Source: Squalus acanthias
Lineage: Eukaryota
Direction: 5' to 3'
DNA: 64,000 nucleotides
Assembly: GCA_030390025.1 (NCBI GenBank)
Contig: CM059432.1
Span: 33,234,001 to 33,298,000, forward strand
Within the stretch, counting starts at the first letter, position 1. Every line of letters begins with the position of its first letter. The notes beneath the pieces were generated by a model. It saw nothing but the letters and a program-made list of their open reading frames with translations. It was not told the origin of the DNA and ran no database searches. Position numbers and translations under genes: made by a program. Positions 27,001 through 39,000 of this stretch are shown piece after piece.

Positions 27001-30000
27001 TACCCCTAAATGTTGCAAATGGGGATGGCAGAATCAACAGCTGCTGCCTGAAAAAATGGGGACTGGGGTTATAGTCTGAAATTGTTGAACTCAAATGTTG
27101 AGTCCAGAAGGCTGTAAAGTTCCTAATCGAAAGATGAGGTGCTGCTCCTCGAGCTTATGTTGAGCTTCATTGGAACAGTGTAAGAGGCTGAGGTCAGAGT
27201 GGGAGTGGAGCGGAGAATTAAAGTGACAAGCGTCCGGAAGCTCGGGGTTACTCTTACGGACTGAACGGAGGTGTTCCGCAAAGCTGTCACCCAATCTGCG
27301 TTTGGTCTCCCCAATGTAGAGGAGACCGTATCGTGAGCAGCAAATACAGTATACTAAATTGCAAGAAGTACAAGTAAATCGCTGTTTCACCTGGAAGGGG
27401 TGTTTAGGGCCCTGGACAGTGGGAAGGGAGGAGGCAAAAGGGCAGGTGTTGCATCTCCTGCACTTGCACGGGAAGATGCCGAGGGGAGGTGATTGAGGAG
27501 TGGACCAGGGTGTTGCGGAGGGAGCGGTCCCTTCGGAATGCTGAAAGGGGAGGGGAGGGGAAGATGTGTTTGGTGGTGGGATCATGTTGGAGGTGGCGGA
27601 AATGGCGGAGGATGATCCGTTGAATGTGGAGGCTGGTGGGGTGAAAGGTGAGGACAAGGGGAACCCTATCGTGGATCTGGGAGGGAGAAGGAGTGAGAGC
27701 AGAAGTGCGGGAAATAGAACGGACATGGTCGAGGGCCATGCCAACCACGGTAGAGGGGAATCCTCGGTTGAGGCAAAAGGAAGATATATCGGAAGCACTG
27801 GTATGGAAGGTGGCATCGTCAGAACAGATGCAGCGGAGACGGAGAAACTGGCAGAATGGAATAGTCCTTACAGGAAGCGGGGTGGGAGGAAGTGTAGTCC
27901 AGGTAGCTGTGGGAGTCGGTGGGCTTGTAGTGGATGTTTGTCGATAGCCAATCGCCAGAAATGGAGACATAGAAGTCAAGGAAGGGAAGGGAAGAGTCGG
28001 AGATGGACCAAGTGAAGGTGAGGGAAGGGTGGAAATTGGAAGCAAAGTGAATGAAATTTTCCAGTTCAGGATGAGAGCAGGAAACTGCACCAATACAGTC
28101 ATCAATGTACTGGAAAAAGAGGTGAGGGAGGGGGACCTGAGTAGGACTGGAACAAAGAATGTTCCACATATCCCACGAAAAGGCAGGCATAGCTGGGGCT
28201 CATGCGGATTCCCATAGCAACACCTTTAATTTGGAGGAAGTGAGTGGAGTCAAAGGAGAAGTTGTTCAATGTGAGAACAAGTTCAGCCAGGTGGAGGTGG
28301 GTGGTGGTGGATGAGGGCTGGTTGGGCCTCTGTTCAAGGAAGAAGCAGAGTGCGCTCAGGCCATCCTGGTGGGAGATGGAAGTGTAGAGGGATTGGACGT
28401 CCATAGTGAAAAGGAGACGTTTGGGGCCAGGAAACTGGAAACTGTTAAAGTGGCGGAGGGCGTCGGAAGAGTCGCAAATGTAGGTGAGAAGAGACTGGAC
28501 AAGGGGAGAAAAAATAAGTCGAGATAGGATGAAATCAGTTCCGTGGGGCAAGAACAAGCTGAAACGATGGGTCTACCGAGCCCTGTTTGTGGATCTTGGG
28601 AAGGAGTTAGAAGTGGGCTGTGCGGGGTTGGGGGAACTGAGGTTGACAGCCATGGAGGGAAGATCTCCAGAGGAGATGAGGTCAGTGACAGTCTTGGAAA
28701 CAATGGCTTGATGTTCGGTAGTGGGGTCATGGTCCAGGGGGAGGTAGGAGGAGGTGTCAGAGAGTTGGCGTTCAGCCTCTGCACGGTAGAGGTTGGTTTG
28801 CCAAACAACAAGCACCACCCTTGGCAGCAGGTTTAATGACAGTGTTGGGGTTGGATCGGAGAGAATGGAGTGCTGCAGTTCAGAGGGAGGTAGGTTGGAG
28901 TGAGTGAGGGGAGCAGACAAATTGAGACGGCCGATGTCACGCCGGCAGTTAGCAATGAAAAGATGTAGAGAGGGTAAGAGACCAGAGGAAGGGGTCCAGG
29001 TAGAACGAGAATTTTGAAAGCGGGAGAAAGGGTCCGCTGTGCAGGGGGAAGACTCCTGGCCAAAGAAGTGGGCACGAAGTCGACGGAAAAAGAGCTCGGC
29101 ATCGTGCCGAGCTCAAAATTCATTGAAGTGGGGGGTGTAAAGGGATGAAGCTCTGGCTTTTGCTGAGGACTGATCGTTCGGGATCAGCGAGGGGAAGGTC
29201 AGAGGGGATCGTGAAAACACGGCAGGGGGTGAGATTGGAAGAAGGGCTTGGCTTAGCTTGGCGAAGTGAATTAAGATGGTCAATTTATTCTTGAGTGGGT
29301 CTAAAATCCAGCTCCCCACCTTTAGAACCCTCTTTAAAAGCTACCTCTTTGACCAAGCTTTTAGTCACCCATCCTAATAACTCCTCCTTTGGCATGGTGT
29401 CAGTTTTGTCTGATTACATTCCTGTGCAGTGTCTTGGGACATTTTTGCTACGTTAAAGGTGCTATATAAATGCAAGTTGTTGCTACTTAAACGACTAAGG
29501 CAGAATTTAGAGGAGCAGCCTCCACACTGAGCAATAGAAAACATTTTGTAAATGGCTCCAAATGAGTCAGCCTCAACGCTGATGGGTTGCTGGAGAGGGC
29601 GGGGAAAAAGTCTTGCATTTATATAGCGCCTTTCACGACCACCGGACATCTGAAAGCACTTTACAGCCAATGGAGTACTTTTGGAGTGTAGTCACTGTTG
29701 TAATGTAAAGAAGCGGGAGTCCGCAGAACAAACGTAAGCTTTCCGCATTCATGCCGCCATCATGGACGTTCTTATACCTCTGCCCTGCAGGCGTCCGAGC
29801 ATAAAGCTGGATAGTCTTGCCCCTTTGTAACGTTCCTTTAGCTGGGGAGCAAGAAAAGGAGCGAGAACAGCATTGAATCCTGGCTTGGTCAGCGTCACAG
29901 ATTTGATCAGAGACATAGCATAGCCACAGGTGGATGGGAGTAGGAGGGGCTCAAGTGGCCCCATCGTAATATTGAGAATACTGCTGATCTATAGGAATAC

Positions 30001-33000
30001 CTGTAACTGTTTGTGCTTTGTTCCAGCTTTGGTGTGTATGTCACTCCTGGAGGGCCAGAGATCTTTGACTGTTATAAGTGTCACTGGAAAAGAGGGAAGA
30101 TGCATGGCTATGGCATCTGTGAGTAAGTACACCCAATCCTTGATTCTGTGCAGCGCTGAGCTCTCAGGCTTTGAAACTAGAGGAGTTGGTTTGGGTGACT
30201 CGGCTCCCAGCAGATTCATGCTATCTGACCTTGATTAACCCATGTATTTCAAAGTATGCACTAATTTTAGCCCCAATTATGGATGCTAAAAGTTTGCCTA
30301 CAACTGACTTTGGACTAACTGGTCTGTCCTTCTCCACCTTCTTGAACAGAGATCTTGCATTGGCTACCTTTTAGTCCACTGGCACAATTGGCATATTCAA
30401 GGAGAAGTAACAAATTGCAGTCAGTCCCTCTACTATCTCCTCTGTCAACCCCAGTGACTTATCCACCATGAGTTCTGCTCATTTTTTTTCCAGAACCCAT
30501 TCTTTTTCTACAGTTATCTCTAAACATTGTTCCACTTTTTTGTGAAGAAATTTTTCCTGGATGTGTTGTTAATTGGCTTAGTTCTAATTTTAAGATTTTA
30601 GAGGAATAATCTTCTGACTTTGCGCTCCCAGCTGACAGTACACCACCTGGAAAGTGTAATTGGAAAATTACCCCTCTTATCCCATTGTTCTGGATTCCTT
30701 AAGCACTCTGTAAATTCACTTTAACTGCTGAATCTCATGATAACTCAGTCCCCTCATCCTGGGTATCATCCTGGCGAGTTGTCATTGGACTCCGTCCAAA
30801 GTCATTCTACCTTTTCCTAAGGTGGAAAACGGAACGCAGTGGGGTAAATTTTCCACCTGCGCTCACTCAGCGCGGAGCCTCATCCGCTAGAAACATAGAT
30901 CAGAAAATTGCATGCCCACAGCTGCGGGAAAAATATGGGCTGCGTGTGCGCATGATTTTCTGATATATGCCCGTGCTGGGTGAGGCTTTGTGCTGGAAGA
31001 GCACCAGCAGAAAATTTACCTTTACTGGGGTGTGACCATTTCCAGGAAGAGTAATGTTGCACCAGTTCAATAGGGGGCACTCTTCTGATATTGGGCGGAG
31101 TTCAGGGGGCTTTAAACTACATTTATTGAATACTGGGCGTGCTTAATGCTGACCCTGCCTGCAAAATTGGAATGTTTACTATTCCCAAGCACTGATTGCG
31201 GTCTGTGCCTCTTCACACGTGATCACTGGAAAGTGGATCTCCTAAAATCCCCCTCTGTTGTGTCTTTGATGGCATGTTCTTCTTCACCTATAACAGCTGG
31301 TTGTTTGTAAAGGCAATACCTGGAGGGAAATCGATCTCTCCAGGGTTGCCTTTGGCTAAGAGGTATGTATGTATACATCGGAGATACAGAAGGAAGGGAG
31401 CTGGTGGCCAGGGTTAAGTCCATAGACCGCAACGTTTTGAGATGGACCTCTGTGGAACCCAAGCATGGATGCAAGAGATTATTAATTGTTAAGTAAAGTT
31501 AAATCTTGATACCTGATTGAATGTGGCCTTCAGTGGTCATTGTACTGTACGATTTGGCTGCCAGGTTGCACTTTTTTCAGACCATCTGACTGGCCAAGGC
31601 ATTTGTTTTATTGCCCTTGCCTCCTGTTATGGATTATCACATTCAGTGGTAAACCATGCACCAGATGCTTCCACTCAACCAATTGTAGGGTGGAGTTACT
31701 AGCCCCAGAGTATTGAGCCATCCCAGCTGGTAGAGGAGGGAGGTTTTTGGGTTGAGGCTGCAGCAAAGGATAAAACTTTAAAATGGGAGCTTGGAGGAAG
31801 GGGCGAACAATTTGTTCAAAATACCCTACCAGCTTACCGATTGGTAACATTACGAGGTACTTATTAAAATGCACATTGGTTCCCAATCTGAGACCGCAAT
31901 AAGCCTTTGATCTTTCCATTACTTCCCAGGAACACTGTGGCACTGTTCCCCTTTACTCCTTGACTGGATTTGGGCATGTTTAATGACCCAGAGTACTGGA
32001 AGGGTTTTCTCTTCCCAACGCAACCCTCCATCTCCCGTTGTTTCCGCTCCTGTCCAGGAGACAGTCATGCTGAGTTACCGTTGTGCAAATGCTGGCAGCT
32101 CTCTGGTGCCTCACACAATTGGCTGTTGTTTAAGAGTAAGCCTAGATGTTGACTGGCAGCAGGTTATTCCATCATGGGGGCCATTTTCAAATGAGCTGCT
32201 CTTAACTTTTCCTGATCTCACACAACTTCTAGCAAGGATCGCTGGATAGCGATCAAGAGCAGGAACCCTGGCTGGGATTCCAAAGCGACCCTCCCCCACC
32301 ACCTCCATTGGTCTGGCTCAGCGAGCTCGGCGTAGACTACAGCTTGAACCTGGGAGCTTCATGGTCTGTTTGATGTAATACCGCGCAGCTCAGTGTGAAA
32401 ACAGTAAATAAAACCAATCTGTTCCTAGGTACGGAAATGGCATGACTTACAAAGGTTACTTCCAAGACAACCAACGGCATGGATTTGGAATTCTACACAG
32501 CTCTAGATTGGAAAATCTTCCCTTTAAGTATGTGGGGCATTGGGAGAACAATAGGAAAACCGGATATGGAGTTTTTGATGACCTTGACAGGTATGAGGCA
32601 ATCTAATCCGTTGTTCTGTATTACAATATTGAGTCATAGGCAGGAAGGGGAAAGACCAACCTACCTCTGCCTTGTTCCTCACAAAACAACTTTATACATC
32701 CACCTCTCTAACTGGCCTCAGTCAACCCAGATTGCTGGGTGAACGTCAACTTTATTTACTGACCGTGAAACTCCCAAATTTAGGTCAGTCTCAACCCATT
32801 TCTTAGATCAAAGTGCAAAACTAGCATTCAGAAACGGACATCTAATTGTCACTTACCGATTAAGAGATGCCTCCTCAAGCTCTAAGCTCCCTTGATAGTT
32901 GAGTGAGATTAGCCACTGACTAGCCGAGCCATGCAGCAGAGGTAGACCTGTGTTCAGTTAACTGACCTCAGTTGGGGTGACAGTAGTTCCTGAGCTAGAT

Positions 33001-36000
33001 GGGTTTGGGGAATCAGTCAGGGTCCCACTGCTGATGGCTATCCTGCGATACTTGCTGGAAGTGGACGCAAGGTCCATGGTGGGTGAGGACAGGATCGGAC
33101 TGCTGTGAGATTCTCTTCCCCCCGCCCCACTGTGGTTCATCTATCCACATTGATTGTCAAGGCTCCTACATGAATAATGGCTACTAGGTTGAGGTAACGG
33201 GACACGTGATGCATGTGGAACATACTCCAGCAGTGAGTCAATGCATTCCAAGGAAGAGAGGACAAACAGATATGTCATTCATTAATAAAGCAACTATCCT
33301 TTTTGGCAGGTCTGCACTTTCTTGAATAATCCTAGGTAGTAGCAGACACTGTCCATAAATTGGCATTGTTGACAGTCTCGCCCAAACCTTGATGTAGAGC
33401 AGGGGCCCCCAATAGTCTTGAACGAAGGTCCACTTGCCTCAGTCATGCTGACATCGGGGACCAGCTCTGTGGGCTTAATTCTTTGGGAACATAAGAACAT
33501 GGAGCAGGAATAGGTCATTTGGCCCCTTGAGCCTGCCCCACCATTCAATAAGATCATGGCTGATCTGATCTTGGCCTAAACTCCACCTTCCCGCCCACTT
33601 CCCATAACCCTTGACTCCCCTGTAGCTCAAATATATGTCTATCTCCGCCTTGAATATATTCAATGACTCCGCCTCCTGTTTTTGCTGTAAATCTATACAC
33701 ACAAAAATCTACACCACAAATAATTGTATTTTATTTGCTTCGTTTTGCATGGAAATTAACCAACTCTATTTCACCTGCTACTCAAGCTGTGATGTTTCAG
33801 GAAATAAGAGCATAGGAACAGGAGTAGGCCATCTAGCCCCTCGGGCCTGTTCTGCAATTCAGTTAGGTCATGGCTTATCTGTATCTCAACTCCCACCTTT
33901 GTTCCCTATTCCTTGACACCTTTGCCCAACAAAAATCTATCAATCTCAATCCTAAAAAACTTCAACTGACCAGCATCCATAGCCTTTTGAGGAGAGTTCC
34001 AGATTTTCACTACCCTTTATGCAACTCCTAAATGGCTCAGCACTAATTTTAAGATCATGCCTCCTTGTTTAGATTCCTCCATCAGAGGAAATAGTTTCCC
34101 TGTATCTAACCTATAGAATCCCTTTATCATTTTGAAAACCTCGATTAGATCACCCCTCCGCTTTCTAAACTTAAGGAAATATAAACCAAGTTTATGCAAC
34201 ATGTCTTCATAACTTTACCCTTTAAGCCCTGGTTTCATTCTGGTGAATCTATGCTGTACCCCCTCCAAAGCCAATGGGCCAGAAATTCGGCCCTCCACGG
34301 GTGAGTACGCGCTGTGTACTCGCCCGTAGACCTAACGAAAGTGCCAGTTTCACGCATGCACTGCGCATGCGCTGGAAACCGGAACTTCCGTTCCCCTGAA
34401 GGAAGAGGTTCAGAGGTCGAACGCGTGCGCAGTAGAGGCAGCGCGCACGCAGCGAACTTCGGTTTTTTTCAGGTTTCTCCGTGAGGGTAAGTATGGAGAA
34501 GCTGCACTTTTAAAAAGGAGGCGCAAGGCCTGTTTTTAACAAGGTAAGTGGTTAATTAATTTCAATGTAAAAAATTTTTCAACAGGTTTATCTTTTTTAC
34601 ATACTTTAAAGAAAGGTAAGTTTATTTTTAGGACCGTTAAAAAGTATAATTAATTTTTTTCAAAAATTAAAATTTTTGTTTAAAGTAGTTAATTTATGTA
34701 ACTTATAGTTATTTTAAAAATGTGATTAAAAAAAAAAATTATTTGAAGTTTAAGTGTGGTTTTGGGGCCGATCTCTATTCATAGATTTGACAGGTCTTCC
34801 TGTCAAATCTATGAATGAAAATGCCCTGCTCCGATTGGCTCTCCATGGCCCACGTGATCCCAGGGGACGCTTCGAACTAACTGCGCCCCTGGGATACGCA
34901 AGCACTGCGCACCGGCAGCTGGAGGAGGCCCAGGAGCCGAAGTCCTTGTGGGCCCGAAGCACAACGGCAGGCGCGGTAGGCAAGTACGCGTGCGATGCTT
35001 GCACCCGCAGGAAGCCGGAAAGCCGAATTTCTGGCCCAATATATCCTTCCTGAGGTGTGGTGCCTGAAACCGAATGCAGTACTCCAGATGGGTCTCACCA
35101 AAACTTTACAACTGAAGCATAACTTCCTCCCCTACTTTGTATTCCAGCCCCTTTGGGATAAAGACCAACATCCCATTAGCCATTTTGCTTACTTTTTGTA
35201 CGTGTGTGCTAGCTTTTACTGACCAATTACCAACCCATGTCACGTGGTTACATCCAATTCCATGTGCTTTCTTGTTTTGCTAATCTCTTGTGTGGAACCT
35301 TGTCAAATGCCTTCTAGAAGTCCATACATACATGTTATAGGCACTCCCTATCCATATGTTCTTTAGTTTTCCTGCAGAATGTCAAGTCAGTGATGTCCAC
35401 AAAGCTCTCCAATCAGCTCTATTCAAGATTAAACATCAACTTTGCTCAGTTGGCAGCACACTTGATTCTGAGTTAGATGGTTGTGGGTACCAACCCTGCT
35501 CTGGACTTGAGTACTGAATCCAGGGCTGACACAATGCAACACTGGAAGAGCGCTTGAAGGGGGGGGGGGGGGTAAACTCAAAACAAATCTGCGGAAACAT
35601 CATTTCAGTGAGCGAGTGGGGAATCTATAGAACAGGCTCCCTCGGGAGATGGTGGAAGCAGGAAGTATTGATTCATTCAAATACAAATTAGATGGATTTC
35701 TTTCAGAAAATAATATTTTGGGATACAATATCTGAGATATGAAATATGGTAAGTGTAGTATGTTTGAGGGAAACAGATGACTTTGAACATATGATTCGCA
35801 AAATTCTCCGCCACTGGGGGTTTTCCTCATCTCCTGTCTGGGTCTGTTGTAGACTAATTGATGGAGATCGATTGCCATGATTAGTCAACAATTCCATTCT
35901 CGTATCATGTGACTACTGAGATGGTAGAAGGCAAACGAGATGGACCTTGGTCTTTTTTGTCTGGCAATTCCTATGTTCATATGGTGTTTGTGGGACCTTG

Positions 36001-39000
36001 CTGTGGAAGCATTGGCTGCATATTTACCTATGTAACAGCAGCTACACTTCAAAAGCAATTAATAGTCACAAAGCACTTTGAGACATCCTGAAAATGTGAC
36101 ATGCAGTACATAAATATGTTTTTATTTTCAAGTTACTGCAGTCAACTTTTGGCCCACCCATGCTGCTCTTTCCTTTCTGGCTGGCCAATCGTGATTTCTG
36201 GTCATGAGCAGAAGTGATTATCCAGCAGAAGTGGAAGCGCTCCTTGGGATTCCAGTTGCAAAGAGAGTTTTGCTTTGCATCTAACCTGTTCTGTACAAGA
36301 TGGGGAAGTGTTTGGTCAATGTAGAGGGAGATTTACTCTCTCTCTAGCCCATGTTATACCTGACGAGAGTGATTGGGACATGCAGAGGGAATTTTACTCT
36401 TCATCTAACCTGTACCTGAACCCAGCGAGTCAGTTCAGGAGAAGAGAGGAGAAAACTGGGGCAGAAGGGAAGAAGTGTACAGCAGTAAATGTTTGTTCAA
36501 ATAACATATTTGCTTATCCCTACTTGATGAGGCTTTGCTCTATTTTTCTGACTTTAGCTAAAAAATTAACTTAAAAAAAATTCTACGGTTATATACAGAG
36601 GAGAGAGGTACGTTGGAACATGGCTGGAAGACAGCAAGCATGGGAATGGCATCGTTATCACACAGTCAGGACTCTGCTATGAGGGCAACTTCCAAAACAA
36701 CAAGATAGTGGTGAGTAGCAAGTAGTCAGTCTGCTGACCCGATATAGCACAGAACATCAGCCTTCCCTTCTCTCTCTTGTTACATTAAACCGAGGCCCTG
36801 TCTGCCCTCTCAGGTGGATGTAAAATATCCAACAGTGCTTTTTGAAGAAGAGCAGGGGAGTTCTCCCTGGTGTTCTGGCCAACATATATCCCTCAACCAA
36901 CATCACGAAAATAGATTATCTGGTCGTTATCAAATTACTGTGCGCAAATTGACTGTTGCATTTCCTACATTTAAATGAGGTGACAACTTCATAGAGTGCC
37001 TGAGCAGTGCTCCAGTTGGCCAGCGGCCGTTTGGAACGGGCACTGAAGGGGAGGCCACTTAAACTTTCATAAATAAATCAGGCAACTCTGCCTTTAGACC
37101 CCCAGCAACCCTGGCCTGATGCCCCCTCCCTGTGCATAGAAAGTGCCCAGCATTTGCTGCTGGCACTCCATAATGCCAAGATCAGATGGAATTAATGACA
37201 CCTTCATTTAACCTGTGCTATTCCTGACCTGGAAATACTTATACAATCAACAGGGTTCTGGAACAATTCTGTCAGAGGATGATTCCGCCTATGAAGGAGA
37301 GTTCACAGAAGAGCTGGTTCTAACTGGAAAGGTATGAGCTTTGGTCTCCATGCTGTAAACAGGATGCTTAATTGTATATTGAATAATAAGATGTACCAGG
37401 GCTGGAATCTAATTGAAAGGTTCAAGTGGTTTATGTATAGGGCAGGTTTTCTGAGCTAGCACACCTTGTGCAAAACTTTGTGCCTTGGAAACACATACCA
37501 GGAATTTGGGTGCCGACGTCATTGTGCTCTGAGATTTTCAATCAATTAACGGAAACTTGTGCCAGCGATGCTGGCCTCCGCTCTCTAATTCCTGATAGGC
37601 ACTCGCATTGTGTGAAGCTGTGCACCGAGTGTTAATTCGTAAAACACACCAGATAGAATAAGGATTCAGATGGTTTATATATAGAACAATGGATACCTGG
37701 GAGTGAGTTACAGGCTGGAATCTAATTGAGGGGTTTAGATGGTTTATGTACACAATAACTTGCATTTATATAGCACCTATAACATAGCAAAACATCCCAA
37801 GACGCTTCCCAGAAGCAATTATCAAACAAAATTTGATACTGAGCCACATGAGATATTAGGACAGGTGACAAAAAGCTTGGTTTTAAGAAGCGCCTTAAAG
37901 GAGGTGAGCGAGCCGGAGAGGTTTAGGGGGGAATTCCAGAGCTTTGGGCCTAGGCAGCTGAAGGCACGGCCGCCAATGGAGAAGCGATTAAAATCGGGGA
38001 TACTCAAAAGGCCAGAATTGTAGGAACGCAGAGATCTCGGAGTGTTGTAGGGCTGGAGGAGTTTAAAGGTGGATGTGGGGGGTGGGGGGGGCCACCGAGG
38101 GATTTGAAATTAAGGATGATCATTTTAAAATTGAAGCGTTGCCGTACCAGGAGCCAATGTAGGTCAGCGAGCACAGGGAGGATGGGTGAACGGGTTTTGG
38201 TATCAGTTAGGATATGGGCAGCAGAGTTTTGGATGAGCTTAAGTTTACAAGGTGGGTGGCCAGCCAGGAGTGAGAAATCAGCTGGAATTCATTTAGATCA
38301 GTGTTTGATCTGAGGTGACAGTTATTGTCAGTGCAGATGTTGGCCACTTTGCAACTTGTGCCATAAATAAAAGATGATATTCTTGTTGTGTATATGGACT
38401 TTCAAAAGGCGTTTGATAAAGTAGCACTTACTAGGCTTGTTAGTAAATTTGAAGCCCATGGGATAAAAGGGGCAGTAGCAGCATGGATACAAAATTGGCT
38501 AAGGGATAGAAAACAGAGTTGTGGTGAATGGCTGTTTTTTGGACTGAAGGGAGGTATACAGTGGAGTTCCCCAAGGTTCAGCACTAGAACCACTGCTGTT
38601 TTTGATGTACATTAATGACTTGGACTTGGGGGTGCAGGGCACAATTTCAAAATTTGCAGATGACAGGAAACTTGTAAGTGTAGTAAACAGTGAAGAAGAC
38701 AGTAGTAGACTTAAAGAAGACATAGACAGGCTGGTGGAATGGGCGGACAATTGGCAGAGAAGTGTGAGGTGATACATTTTGGTCGGAAGAATGAGGAGAG
38801 ACCATACACACTAAATGGTACAAATTTAAAGGAGGTGCAAGAACAGAGAGACCTGGGGGTGCTTGTGCACAAATCTTTGAAGATGGCAGGACAGGTTAAC
38901 AAAGCAGCTAATAAAGCATACGGGATCCTGGGATTTATAATTAAAGGCATCGAGTACAAAAGGCAGGAAGTTATGCTAAACCTATATAAAACACTAGTTC

